From an uncultured Gemmatimonadales bacterium (GTDB lineage Bacteria; Gemmatimonadota; Gemmatimonadetes; Gemmatimonadales; GWC2-71-9), in contig CAVPHS010000001.1 in NCBI GenBank assembly GCA_963704805.1, forward strand, positions 741,694 through 805,693: a stretch of DNA of 64,000 nucleotides, given 5' to 3'. Below the pieces are notes generated by a model. The model had not been told where the DNA came from. It saw only the letters and a program-made list of their open reading frames with translations, and did no database searches. Shown here piece after piece: positions 46,055 through 54,695 of this stretch. The position numbers and the translations under genes were made by a program. How positions within the stretch are numbered: position 1 is the stretch's first letter; the number at the start of each line of letters is the position of its first letter.

Positions 46055-46432
46055 ATGAGAGGACAAGGCGGCTTTACGCTGGTCGAGATGCTCATCGCGC
46101 TGGCGATCCTGCTGATCGTGATCGTCGGCATGGTGAGTACGACGGGCAAGACGACGCATGTCGCGGCGACGAGCGAGCGCGAGTCGGCGGCAACCGAGCT
46201 CGTGCACGACCGGATCGATCAGGTCCGCGTTGACCCCGACTACGGCGGTCTGGACACCACGTACGGCACCACCGAGCTGTCGTTCCCGACGCTGCCGGGA
46301 TTCCAGCGCGTCACGACCGTGACGCGATTCACCTCGTCGAACAACGACTACAAGAAGGTGACCGTGAAGGTGACTGGCCCCGGGCTGCCGGCGGCCGGCA
46401 TCAGCCGCACGATCACCGTGGCGGCTCCATGA
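46055..46432 (+). CDS. Minor pilin, PilV-like
   Basis: MRGQGG/FTLVEMLIALAILLIVIVG. 125 aa. Confidence 0.6.
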   Translation: MRGQGGFTLVEMLIALAILLIVIVGMVSTTGKTTHVAATSERESAATELVHDRIDQVRVDPDYGGLDTTYGTTELSFPTLPGFQRVTTVTRFTSSNNDYKKVTVKVTGPGLPAAGISRTITVAAP

Positions 46433-47595
46433 CACAGCGTCTGAAGTCCGAGCGCGGTTTGACGCTCATCGAAATGCTGGTCGCGCTGCTCGTGTTCTCG
46501 TTTGTCATGGCGGGTGCGCTCGCCTTCCTGCGCGCCCAGGGCCGCAGCTTCCAGCTCGCGAACCAGCGGGTCGGCATGTACCAGAACGGCCGCTACGCGT
46601 TTAACGAGATGGAGAAGGATCTGCGCACGGCGGGCGCCGCGGCGCCGGACATTCAGCCGCAAATCATCTACGCCGGCGTGAACGTCGTGGCGTTCAATGC
46701 CAACTACTGGACGGACGTGCAAAACGATCCGTTCGCGGTCTACTACAACCCCGATGCGCCCGCCGGCAGCGTGACCGCCATGGACAAAGCCGATCGGATG
46801 GTGATTCCGCTGACGACGTTCTTCTACCCCGACACGAACTACCGCACGGGCGTGGTCAACAGTCCGTCGGAGACGATCATCTTTTTCTTCGAGCCCGACA
46901 CGAGCACGGCGCGTGCCGATGACTATGTGCTGCGGCGCAAGGTCAACACCCTCCCGCCCGACGTGGTCGCGCGGAACGTGCTCCAGACACCCGGCGTGCC
47001 GTTCCTGCAGTACTTCCGCCATGTCTCGGTCGCCGGCGGCGGACTGCAACTGCAGCAAGTGCCCAATGCATCGCTGCCGTTCATGCACAGCATACCGATC
47101 CACTTGGCGCTGACTGATACCGGCCCGGCCTCGCGCATCGACAGCGTGCGGGCGGTCCTGGTCAGCTTGACCATCACGAATGGCCTGACCGGCACGGCGG
47201 AGCGGAAGCGCACGCTCGGGCGCCTCATTCGGCTGCCGAACGCCGGGTTGGCGAACAAGAAGACGTGTGGCGACCAGCCGCTCCTGGGCACGGGGCTCAA
47301 TGCAGTCTACGTGGCAATGCCAACCGGCGAACCGTCGGTCCTGCTGACGTGGAGCAAGGCTACCGACGAGAGCGGCGGGGAAAAGGACGTCGAGCGATAC
47401 GTCATTTGGCGGCGGCTCGCGGCGGATCCGGACTGGGGAGACCCCTATCTGAGTATTCCGGCCGGCCAGGCGACCTACAGCTGGACGGATGCCGCGGTGG
47501 CATCCGGGGACCGGTATTTCTACGGTCTCGCGGCGCAGGACTGCACGCCGACGCTTTCCAATCTGACGTCGAGCGTGCAGGTCATCATTCCTTGA
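46429..47595 (+). CDS. Minor pilin, PilW-like
   Basis: ..SERG/LTLIEMLVALLVFSFVMAGAL. 388 aa. ATGA overlaps the preceding gene. Confidence 0.55.
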   Translation: MTQRLKSERGLTLIEMLVALLVFSFVMAGALAFLRAQGRSFQLANQRVGMYQNGRYAFNEMEKDLRTAGAAAPDIQPQIIYAGVNVVAFNANYWTDVQNDPFAVYYNPDAPAGSVTAMDKADRMVIPLTTFFYPDTNYRTGVVNSPSETIIFFFEPDTSTARADDYVLRRKVNTLPPDVVARNVLQTPGVPFLQYFRHVSVAGGGLQLQQVPNASLPFMHSIPIHLALTDTGPASRIDSVRAVLVSLTITNGLTGTAERKRTLGRLIRLPNAGLANKKTCGDQPLLGTGLNAVYVAMPTGEPSVLLTWSKATDESGGEKDVERYVIWRRLAADPDWGDPYLSIPAGQATYSWTDAAVASGDRYFYGLAAQDCTPTLSNLTSSVQVIIP

Positions 47596-47618
47596 ACACA
47601 GGGGACGAGGGTACGGCT

Positions 47619-49478
47619 ATGAACATGGGGACGTTGCATCGCAATGAGCGCGGCGTGGCGCTGGTCGTGGTACTGCTGGTCGTGCTGGCGGTCGCCGCCA
47701 TCGCCGCCGGTGCGGCGTTGCTCAGCTCGAGTACGAGCTTGATCGACAAGTATCATACGCGGCTGAGTACCGTCGAGACCGTGGCGGATGCGGGACTCGA
47801 AGAGGTGCGGTCGGCCGTCAACGCGAACAAGTCGATCTACCCGGATACGGGATTTAGGACCATTGAAAGCGGCGTCGTGGTCTACGACGCCAGCGGTGCC
47901 GTCATCCCCGGCGTGAAGCGCTGGAGCTATCTCGGCCCGATCGGGTCGACGTCCGGCCAGTACGGGGTGTTCGGCAGCGTCGTCACGGTGGTGCAGGACG
48001 CGCAAGGCAACAAAGTCGTGCGGCGTGGTGAGGTCTTCCAGGAAAGTTTCGCCAAGTACGCGTACTTCACCGACGTCGAGGGCTCGATCCAGTTTGCGGC
48101 CGGCGACCAGCTGTTCGGGCCGGTGCACAGCAACGATAAGATCAACATCGGATCGGGCAGTCCGGGAGCCACCTTCTGGGGACCGCTGTCCACCGCGAAG
48201 AACATCGCCAACCGGACCAACGGCACCTATAAGCAGGGCTACACGGAAAACGGCCCGACCATTCCATTCCCGCAGACGGCCGACCTGGCGAAGCTGCAGA
48301 CGCAGGCGGCGGCAGGGAGCATGTCGTTCGTCGGCAGCACCGCCGGCCTCGCAGGCCAGGCGACGACGCGCATCGAGTTCACCGCCCGCGACTTGAACGG
48401 CGACGGCGACTCGACTGACGACAACGAAGGCTTCATCAAAATCTATCAGGTCACCAATGCCGCGAACGTCTGGTGGGTCGTGGCGGACACGAACCAGTAT
48501 GGCGCCGCGGCGCCCAACGGCGGCGTCCGCAACTCACCGAATTGCGGTCACATTTACACGACTGCCGGCCAGTCGAACCATGCGGCGGGCGGATTCGTTA
48601 CGTTCGCTAACCACGCCGTGGCGTGGCCCGCCGGGAACGACTCCAAGACCAACGCCCCCACGACGACCGGCGCAGGGGTCGTGATGCGGCGCTGCTACCT
48701 CGGCGGTGCGGACAGCTTGTACGGTCCGTACGGCACTGCGCAGGCCAAGAAGTTCCCGCTGGACGGCATCGGCGACGATACGCGTGGGCGTTGGTTGCCC
48801 TGGCCCGGCGCGGTAAGTGCCCTGATCCCGGCCACCCCGGATCGCGCGTACCTGTGGCCGATCACCCGCTCCCTGAACCCCAACTTCAAGGGCGTGATCT
48901 ACGTCGCGGGCAAGGTCGCCATCAGCGGCCGCGTGCGGGGGCAAGTCACGCTCGCGGCGACGGACAATATCATCATTGCCGACGATCTCACCTACATGAC
49001 CAACCCCGGCTCGAGCGTGCAGTGCAACTCGAGCGCGCGCGACATGCTTGGCCTGTTCAGCGGCACCGACGTCGTGGTTGCCGACAACCTGATCAACGAC
49101 CCGATTCCAGCGGTGCCCGTCGGGGTCAACGTCACGTGGGACGAGACCCAGGACGAGTTCATCCATGGCACCATCCTCGCGCTGAGCAACTTCACCGTGG
49201 AGCGCTACAACAGCGGGCCGACCAACTTCGAGAAATGCGGTACGACCAACTGGGGACGCGGCTGCCTGTTCCTGACCGGCGGCGTCATTCAGCTACAGCG
49301 CGGTGCGGTCGGCACGACCGGCGGAACGGGGAACATCAAGCGGTATTCTTACGACGCGTGCGCGGCCACCAACCCGCCGCCGTATTTCCCGACGACGGGT
49401 CACTTCGCGCGCGGGCATTATTACGAAGTGGAACCAACCGGATTCAACATCGCCACCTTCTGGACGCTGCTGCACTAA
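47619..49478 (+). CDS. Large PilX-N-domain pilus protein (619 aa; possible tip/adhesin component)
   Basis: ATG 47619 gives MNMGTLHRNERGVALVVVLLVVLAVAAIAAGAALL (PilX_N-type ERG-x-AL motif + TM). It is followed by a long Gly/Thr/Asn-rich beta-type region. Confidence 0.5.
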   Translation: MNMGTLHRNERGVALVVVLLVVLAVAAIAAGAALLSSSTSLIDKYHTRLSTVETVADAGLEEVRSAVNANKSIYPDTGFRTIESGVVVYDASGAVIPGVKRWSYLGPIGSTSGQYGVFGSVVTVVQDAQGNKVVRRGEVFQESFAKYAYFTDVEGSIQFAAGDQLFGPVHSNDKINIGSGSPGATFWGPLSTAKNIANRTNGTYKQGYTENGPTIPFPQTADLAKLQTQAAAGSMSFVGSTAGLAGQATTRIEFTARDLNGDGDSTDDNEGFIKIYQVTNAANVWWVVADTNQYGAAAPNGGVRNSPNCGHIYTTAGQSNHAAGGFVTFANHAVAWPAGNDSKTNAPTTTGAGVVMRRCYLGGADSLYGPYGTAQAKKFPLDGIGDDTRGRWLPWPGAVSALIPATPDRAYLWPITRSLNPNFKGVIYVAGKVAISGRVRGQVTLAATDNIIIADDLTYMTNPGSSVQCNSSARDMLGLFSGTDVVVADNLINDPIPAVPVGVNVTWDETQDEFIHGTILALSNFTVERYNSGPTNFEKCGTTNWGRGCLFLTGGVIQLQRGAVGTTGGTGNIKRYSYDACAATNPPPYFPTTGHFARGHYYEVEPTGFNIATFWTLLH

Positions 49479-49497
49479 CGTTCCGCAAGTAAGCGAC

Positions 49498-49540
49498 ACG
49501 CTCCCTGCGCGCGGCTGTTGCGCGCAGGGAGCGTTGTTTT
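49498..49540 (+). terminator. Rho-independent terminator separating the two minor-pilin operons
   Basis: A 15-bp perfect stem ACGCTCCCTGCGCGC / GCGCGCAGGGAGCGT with loop GGCTGTT, followed by TGTTTT. Confidence 0.8.
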
Positions 49541-49612
49541 GGCCGCGCTCGTTCGATGCGTCGCGCGTTCGTTGGGGCGTGATTTCCGGCTCGCTCCTCA
49601 TACGTTGTCGCG

Positions 49613-49984
49613 ATGCTCCGCCGCGAAAACTCGGGATTCACGCTTCTGGAACTGCTGATGGCCGTCACCCTTCTCACCGGAGGCCTTCTCGCGAGCGTCG
49701 CCAGTGCGGCGCTGGTCTCTCGTCTGATCGGCCAGGGCCGGCAGGCGGAGCGCGTCGCCGCGTTTGCGGCCAGACGCCTGGAACGGCTGCGCGTGACCGC
49801 GTGCGGCAGCGGACCTTCACAGGGCACGGAGGAGCTGCGCCTCGGTAATGGATGGCTCGCGACTAACGACTGGACGATGACGCGCGGTCCCGCCGCGACG
49901 GTCCGCATTCTGATCACTACGCGGTTCGCGACGCGCCCTGGAACAGCCCGGAGTGATTCGATCGAGTCGGCCGTCGTATGCTGA
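49613..49984 (+). CDS. Minor pilin (second set), PilV-like
   Basis: MLRRENSG/FTLLELLMAVTLLTGGLL. 123 aa. Confidence 0.55.
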   Translation: MLRRENSGFTLLELLMAVTLLTGGLLASVASAALVSRLIGQGRQAERVAAFAARRLERLRVTACGSGPSQGTEELRLGNGWLATNDWTMTRGPAATVRILITTRFATRPGTARSDSIESAVVC

Positions 49985-50796
49985 ATCGCCGGGCGGTGAC
50001 CCTCATGGAATTGCTCGTCGCACTCACGGTACTCGGCATCGTGAGCTCGATCGTCGGAGGGATCGTCGTCCGCGCGCTGCGGGCCTCCACCAAACAGGCG
50101 CGGCTCATCGATCAGCAGCAGCAACGGCGTGTGCTGACCACCGTACTCCCCGCGGAGCTGCGCGCGCTCGATGCGGCCGATGGGGATATCGCGGCGATGT
50201 CCGCCGGCGAGATCGACATGCGCGCCATGCGCTGGCTTGGCTTTACGTGCGCGCGCCCGCGATTCGATGCGAGTTTGCCCGACCGGGTCGAGATCACGTT
50301 GACGCGACGTCGCTTCTTCGGACTGCGCGACATCGACCCAGGCACCGATTCGATCCTGCTGTATCGTGGCCCCGGTTCAAGCCACGCGAGTGCAGATCCC
50401 TGGATCCGGGGAAAGAGCATCGCGGTGGTACCGACGACGTGCTCGGACGGAGGCCCAGGGGTCCGCGTCACGATCGCTGCCATGCCCGCCGACGGACCTA
50501 ACCTCGCCGCGGTCACCGGAGCTGTGCCCGTTCGCGGCTTCGAGCGGGTTCGCTATCGGCTCTACCGGCCCGCGAGTGACAGCGGCTGGTATGTCGGGCT
50601 GCAGACCCCCGGAGGCACGCTGCAGCCGCTCGCCGGTCCGTTCCCACTTGGGTCCGGTTTTGCGCTCAGCTACGCGGACGCCGCGGGGAATCCCACGCTG
50701 GACACCAGGCGAGTGGCACGCATCGACGTCTTCGTCCGCACCGAGACCGAGAGTCTCGCGACGTCCGTGGCGCTCCGGAACAACCGACGGCCGTGA
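49978..50796 (+). CDS. Minor-pilin-like protein (second set), PilW-like with a non-canonical cleavage site
   Basis: MLNRRA/VTLMELLVALTVLGIVSSIV has Ala instead of Gly at -1. 272 aa. It overlaps both neighbours. Confidence 0.45.
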   Translation: MLNRRAVTLMELLVALTVLGIVSSIVGGIVVRALRASTKQARLIDQQQQRRVLTTVLPAELRALDAADGDIAAMSAGEIDMRAMRWLGFTCARPRFDASLPDRVEITLTRRRFFGLRDIDPGTDSILLYRGPGSSHASADPWIRGKSIAVVPTTCSDGGPGVRVTIAAMPADGPNLAAVTGAVPVRGFERVRYRLYRPASDSGWYVGLQTPGGTLQPLAGPFPLGSGFALSYADAAGNPTLDTRRVARIDVFVRTETESLATSVALRNNRRP

Positions 50797-51785
50797 GGGC
50801 GCGGTCCGCACTGGGGGGGGGCGAGCGCGGCATCGCGCTCGCGCTTACCCTGTTCGCCCTGGTCGTCGTCGGAATCCTGGTCGGGGCGGCATTCGTGGTC
50901 GGACTGCAGGAGCAGCGGATCGGGCAATCGATGTACGGCCGCGAGCAGGCGTTCGGCGCCGCGGAGACCGCGATCGCGGCCAAACTGCGCGCCTGGCCCC
51001 GGCGGGAGGGCGGCGGGGACCCCTCAGCCATAGACGGGGTGCACCGCGTGGACGCCGACCTGTTTCTGATCGATGCGACCGGCATGGCAGGCGGTAGCCA
51101 GCGTGCGCGCGTCGGGTTGCTCGTGGAATTGGTAAGGCCCGCGCTCGACATCCGCACCGCCGTCCGTACCGCCGACCAGTCTGGACCGGGGTCAGCCACG
51201 GCCTCCGGCGGCGACAGCATTCCGCCAGGGTGGCAAGACTGCCCCCCGCCCCCGCCCCCGCCCCCGCCTCCCGCCGGTCGGGGGGACAGCACGACCGGCA
51301 GCGGATCGGAGGTCGGTTCGGACCTCGCAGCCGACAGCCTGGAGGCCGACGTGACGCTGCCCTCGGGCACCTACCACCCCGGGCCCGCGATCGTGGGCGG
51401 GAGGTGCGACACCGCCCAGCCCACCAATTGGGGGGACGGGCTCGAGCCTGGCCGACCGTGCCACGCTTATCGGCCGACCGTCCGAATTGCGGGCCCGGCC
51501 ACGATCACCGGCGGCCAGGGCCAAGGGATTTTGCTGGTAGCGGGCGATTTATCGGTTTCGGGCGGCTTCCAATTCTCCGGAATCGTGATGGTCCAGGGTA
51601 CCCTGACTGCGGAAGCGACCGATTCTGGGGCCGTTGGATTCTGGGGTGGCGTCGTGGCGCGCCGCGTTCATGGGCCGCAGACGTTCGTGTACTCCAAGTG
51701 CGCCATTGATAACGCGTTAGCTGCTGCGGCCCGGCCGAAGCCGCTGCCTTCCCGAGCGTGGGGGGAGCTCTATAGCTGGCCCTAA
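50793..51785 (+). CDS. PilX-N-domain protein (second set) with an internal poly-Pro tract
   Basis: GGERGIALALTLFALVVVGILVGAAF (PilX_N-like) and an internal CPPPPPPPPPPPAGRGDS. The start has a GTGA overlap. A G9 run lies at codons 7-10. Confidence 0.45.
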   Translation: MRARSALGGGERGIALALTLFALVVVGILVGAAFVVGLQEQRIGQSMYGREQAFGAAETAIAAKLRAWPRREGGGDPSAIDGVHRVDADLFLIDATGMAGGSQRARVGLLVELVRPALDIRTAVRTADQSGPGSATASGGDSIPPGWQDCPPPPPPPPPPAGRGDSTTGSGSEVGSDLAADSLEADVTLPSGTYHPGPAIVGGRCDTAQPTNWGDGLEPGRPCHAYRPTVRIAGPATITGGQGQGILLVAGDLSVSGGFQFSGIVMVQGTLTAEATDSGAVGFWGGVVARRVHGPQTFVYSKCAIDNALAAAARPKPLPSRAWGELYSWP

Positions 51786-51836
51786 GTCTAGGCTGGTAAA
51801 TTACTTGTTCGGTTCCCCCTCAAGTTGGTTCGAGGC

Positions 51837-51865
51837 TTGACAGGATAAGGGGCGAACCATACTGT
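51837..51865 (+). promoter_or_regulatory. Candidate sigma70-type promoter of pilMNOPQ
   Basis: TTGACA, a 17-nt spacer, then TACTGT. It lies about 40 nt upstream of ATG 51906. Confidence 0.4.
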
Positions 51866-51905
51866 AGTTTGCCCTCGCCCCCTTCTCTCTTGCAGAAACG
51901 GGACC

Positions 51906-52958
51906 ATGGCTCTTTTTGGGTTATTCGGTGGCAAGAAGACGTCGGTGGGTCTCGATATCGGCTCCGGTATCGTCAAACTCGTCGTGGTAGACCACGGCGG
52001 GAGCGAACCGGAACTGACTAAAGTCGCCACGACCGAAGTTGCGGCCGACGCCATCGTCGAAGGCGAGGTAATGGACCCTGGCCTCGTTTCGGAGGCTATT
52101 CGGGGGTTGTTCGAGGCTGCCGGCGTGAAGCGCAAATCCGTGGTCACGGCGGTGGGCGGGCGCGACGTCATCGTCAAGAAGATCCAGATGGATCGGATGA
52201 AAGAGGCGGATGCCCGCGAAGTCATCCGCTGGGAGGCCGAGCAGCACGTGCCGTTCGACATGGCCAACGTCGAGCTCGATTTCCAGATCCTCGATCCCGA
52301 CGCCGAAGGCCTCCAGATGAACGTCCTGCTCGTTGCCGCCAAGCGCGAGCTGGTCGAGAGCCGCGTGGGTCTGCTCAGCGAAGCGGGTCTCGATCCCTCG
52401 ATCATCGACGTCGACGCCTTCGCCATTCATAACGCGTTCGAGCTGAATCACCCCGACGCGATGCAAGGCGTCGTGGGTCTCGTCAACATCGGTCATGAAG
52501 TCACCAATGTGAACATCCTCGAGGACGGCGTGCCCGTGCTCACCCGGGACCTCTCGGTTGGCACGCGACGCTTCCGCGAGGATCTGCAGCGCGAAAAAGG
52601 TCTCGCCAGCGACGAAGCCGAGCGGGTCATTCAGGGTGCATCACAGCACGCTGATCTGGCCGGCTATGTCGGCGCGCGCGGTGAGGAAATTGCTGTCGGC
52701 GTGGAGCGCGCGGCGGCGTTCCTGGCGACGGCGTCCCGCAATGCCGGCGGGTTGTCGCGCGTCTACACCACTGGTGGCGGGGCTCGGATCCCGGGGCTGA
52801 ACGATGTGCTGGGAGCCCGGCTCAAAGTGCCGATCGAGCTGGCCAATCCGGTACAGCGGCTGCGCGTAAAGGACGACGTGTTTGAGACGGTCCCGGTCGA
52901 TGAAATCGCGCCGCTGTTGATGCTGGCGGTAGGTCTGGCGCTGAGGCGCGCCACATGA
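51906..52958 (+). CDS. pilM: Type IV pilus assembly protein PilM (actin-like ATPase fold)
   Basis: VGLDIGSGIVKLVVVDH.., 350 aa, with the typical PilM length and motifs. Confidence 0.85.
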   Translation: MALFGLFGGKKTSVGLDIGSGIVKLVVVDHGGSEPELTKVATTEVAADAIVEGEVMDPGLVSEAIRGLFEAAGVKRKSVVTAVGGRDVIVKKIQMDRMKEADAREVIRWEAEQHVPFDMANVELDFQILDPDAEGLQMNVLLVAAKRELVESRVGLLSEAGLDPSIIDVDAFAIHNAFELNHPDAMQGVVGLVNIGHEVTNVNILEDGVPVLTRDLSVGTRRFREDLQREKGLASDEAERVIQGASQHADLAGYVGARGEEIAVGVERAAAFLATASRNAGGLSRVYTTGGGARIPGLNDVLGARLKVPIELANPVQRLRVKDDVFETVPVDEIAPLLMLAVGLALRRAT

Positions 52959-53662
52959 TTGAAATAAACCTACTGCCAGGGAAGAAGAAGGCGCCAAAGG
53001 GAGCAGGCATGAGACTGAGCATGCCCGACTTCAAGGCGCTCTTCGCGCAGGTCAAGGATCCCTGGCTCATCGCGGCGGTGGTCGCATGGGTGATCGTCGG
53101 TGGCGGCGGCGCGCTGCTGTTCATCACCGAGCGCGCGCGGCTCGCGCGCGCCGAATCGCGGCTCGAGAACATCCGTGACGAAAAGCGCCGCTACGACATC
53201 GTGATCGCCCAGAAGCGCCAGCTCGAGAAGGTTCGCGATTCGCTGCTCTTTCAGATCAACGTCATCCGTCAGATTGACGCGGACCGCTACATCTGGCCAC
53301 ACATCCTCGACCAGACGACGAAGGCGCTGCCGCCCTACACATGGATCACGCGCGTGCAAGCCGCGAGTGCCGCGCCGCCGGCCCCGGGTCAACCGAACAC
53401 GGGTCCCGTCGTCACCCAAACAGAACCGATGGGTGCCAATGTGCGCGTGTCCATCGATGGCCGGACGGTCGACATTCAGGCCTACACGACGTTTCTGCGT
53501 CAGCTCGCGGCGTCGCCCTGGTTTACGGACGTGACGCCGGCCAGCTCGCAGACGGTGATCGAATCGGACCGTCCGGTGACGGCGTTCAACGTCACGGTGC
53601 GCTACCGCGTGGCGGACTCCGTCTACATCCGCACAGTCCCCTTCGTGCAATCGCTGAGGTAA
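52955..53662 (+). CDS. pilN: Type IV pilus assembly protein PilN
   Basis: MIEINLLPGKKK.. plus a single TM segment. ATGA overlaps pilM. Confidence 0.75.
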   Translation: MIEINLLPGKKKAPKGAGMRLSMPDFKALFAQVKDPWLIAAVVAWVIVGGGGALLFITERARLARAESRLENIRDEKRRYDIVIAQKRQLEKVRDSLLFQINVIRQIDADRYIWPHILDQTTKALPPYTWITRVQAASAAPPAPGQPNTGPVVTQTEPMGANVRVSIDGRTVDIQAYTTFLRQLAASPWFTDVTPASSQTVIESDRPVTAFNVTVRYRVADSVYIRTVPFVQSLR

Positions 53663-53668
53663 GTCGCC

Positions 53669-54292
53669 ATGGCATTCGGGTTACCCACCGACCAACGCAG
53701 CCAGATCATGGCGCTGCTCGTCCTCGTCGCCCTGGCGGGCGGCTATTTCTTCTGGACGAAGGTGCACCAGCCGCAGAGCGCGCAGATCAGCAGCGCAAAT
53801 CAGGAGTCGGACAGCCTCGAACGAATCGTGGCCGCCGCGAAAGCCGATCTGGCGAGCGGCACCACCGCCGACCTCCAGCGCCGCGTCGAGGGCTACCAGG
53901 GGTCGCTCGAGCTGATGCGTCGCCTGGTGCCGGACAAGAATGAGGTCCCGACCCTGATCGACGACATCTCGACCAAAGCCAAAGTGCGCGGTGTGACGGT
54001 CGGCAAGATTCAGCCGATGCCGCCCGAACCCGGTTCGCCCTTCGACACCTACCGTTACCGGCTCGAGGTGTACGGCCATTACGACCAGCTTGGCGAGTAC
54101 CTCGCCGATATCGCCTCGCTCCCGCGCATCATCGTGCCCGGGGACCTTGCGCTCTCGCCCGCGTCGGGCCAGGCGCAGAAGCTGCTCGCGGATACGGCCG
54201 GTGCGCTGCTCCTGGCGGAATTCTCGATCCGCACCTTCGTCAAGTCCACCCTGCCGCGGCCGCCCGCGGGAGCTCCTCGTGCGCGTAGTTAA
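53669..54292 (+). CDS. pilO: Type IV pilus assembly protein PilO
   Basis: 207 aa with an N-terminal TM segment, a coiled-coil and a ferredoxin-like C-terminus. The call rests mainly on its position between pilN and pilP. Confidence 0.65.
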   Translation: MAFGLPTDQRSQIMALLVLVALAGGYFFWTKVHQPQSAQISSANQESDSLERIVAAAKADLASGTTADLQRRVEGYQGSLELMRRLVPDKNEVPTLIDDISTKAKVRGVTVGKIQPMPPEPGSPFDTYRYRLEVYGHYDQLGEYLADIASLPRIIVPGDLALSPASGQAQKLLADTAGALLLAEFSIRTFVKSTLPRPPAGAPRARS

Positions 54293-54695
54293 TGTCGCGC
54301 TTGCGCTGACGGCACTGGCGGCGCCGGCCGCGGCCCAGGAACAGGGCCCCGACTCGGCGGCCGCGCAGACGACCTCGCTGGTCCGCGAAGTGTTCGCGTA
54401 CGAAGGCGGCGGGCGCGATCCGTTCATGTCGCTGCTCAAGTCGGGCGACGTCCGCCCGCTGATTTCCGACTTGAAATTGACGACGATCGTGTATGACGGG
54501 CGGTTCGCCGCGCGCAGCGTCGCGGTGCTGCGCGACATCACGAACCGGCACATCTACCGCGTGAAAACGGGCGACATTGTGGGGCGATTGAAAGTCACGC
54601 AGATCCGGCCCCGTGAGGTCGTATTTACCGTGCAGGAATTCGGGTTCGAACGACAGGAAACCCTGTCGCTCACCAAGCAGGAGGAGACGCCATGA
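54279..54695 (+). CDS. pilP: Type IV pilus assembly protein PilP
   Basis: GTG 54279 gives VRVVNVALALTALAAPAAAQ (signal). It has the GGRDPF motif and a C-terminal beta-domain GDIVGRLKVTQIRPREVVF. The start is uncertain. Confidence 0.55.
   Translation: MRVVNVALALTALAAPAAAQEQGPDSAAAQTTSLVREVFAYEGGGRDPFMSLLKSGDVRPLISDLKLTTIVYDGRFAARSVAVLRDITNRHIYRVKTGDIVGRLKVTQIRPREVVFTVQEFGFERQETLSLTKQEETP

Noticed and set aside
51279-51287. An RGD tripeptide right after the poly-Pro tract of the second PilX-like protein, as a possible integrin-type adhesion motif.
   Set aside because: Tripeptide matches are expected by chance in Arg/Gly/Asp-rich proteins of a high-GC genome, and there is no supporting context.
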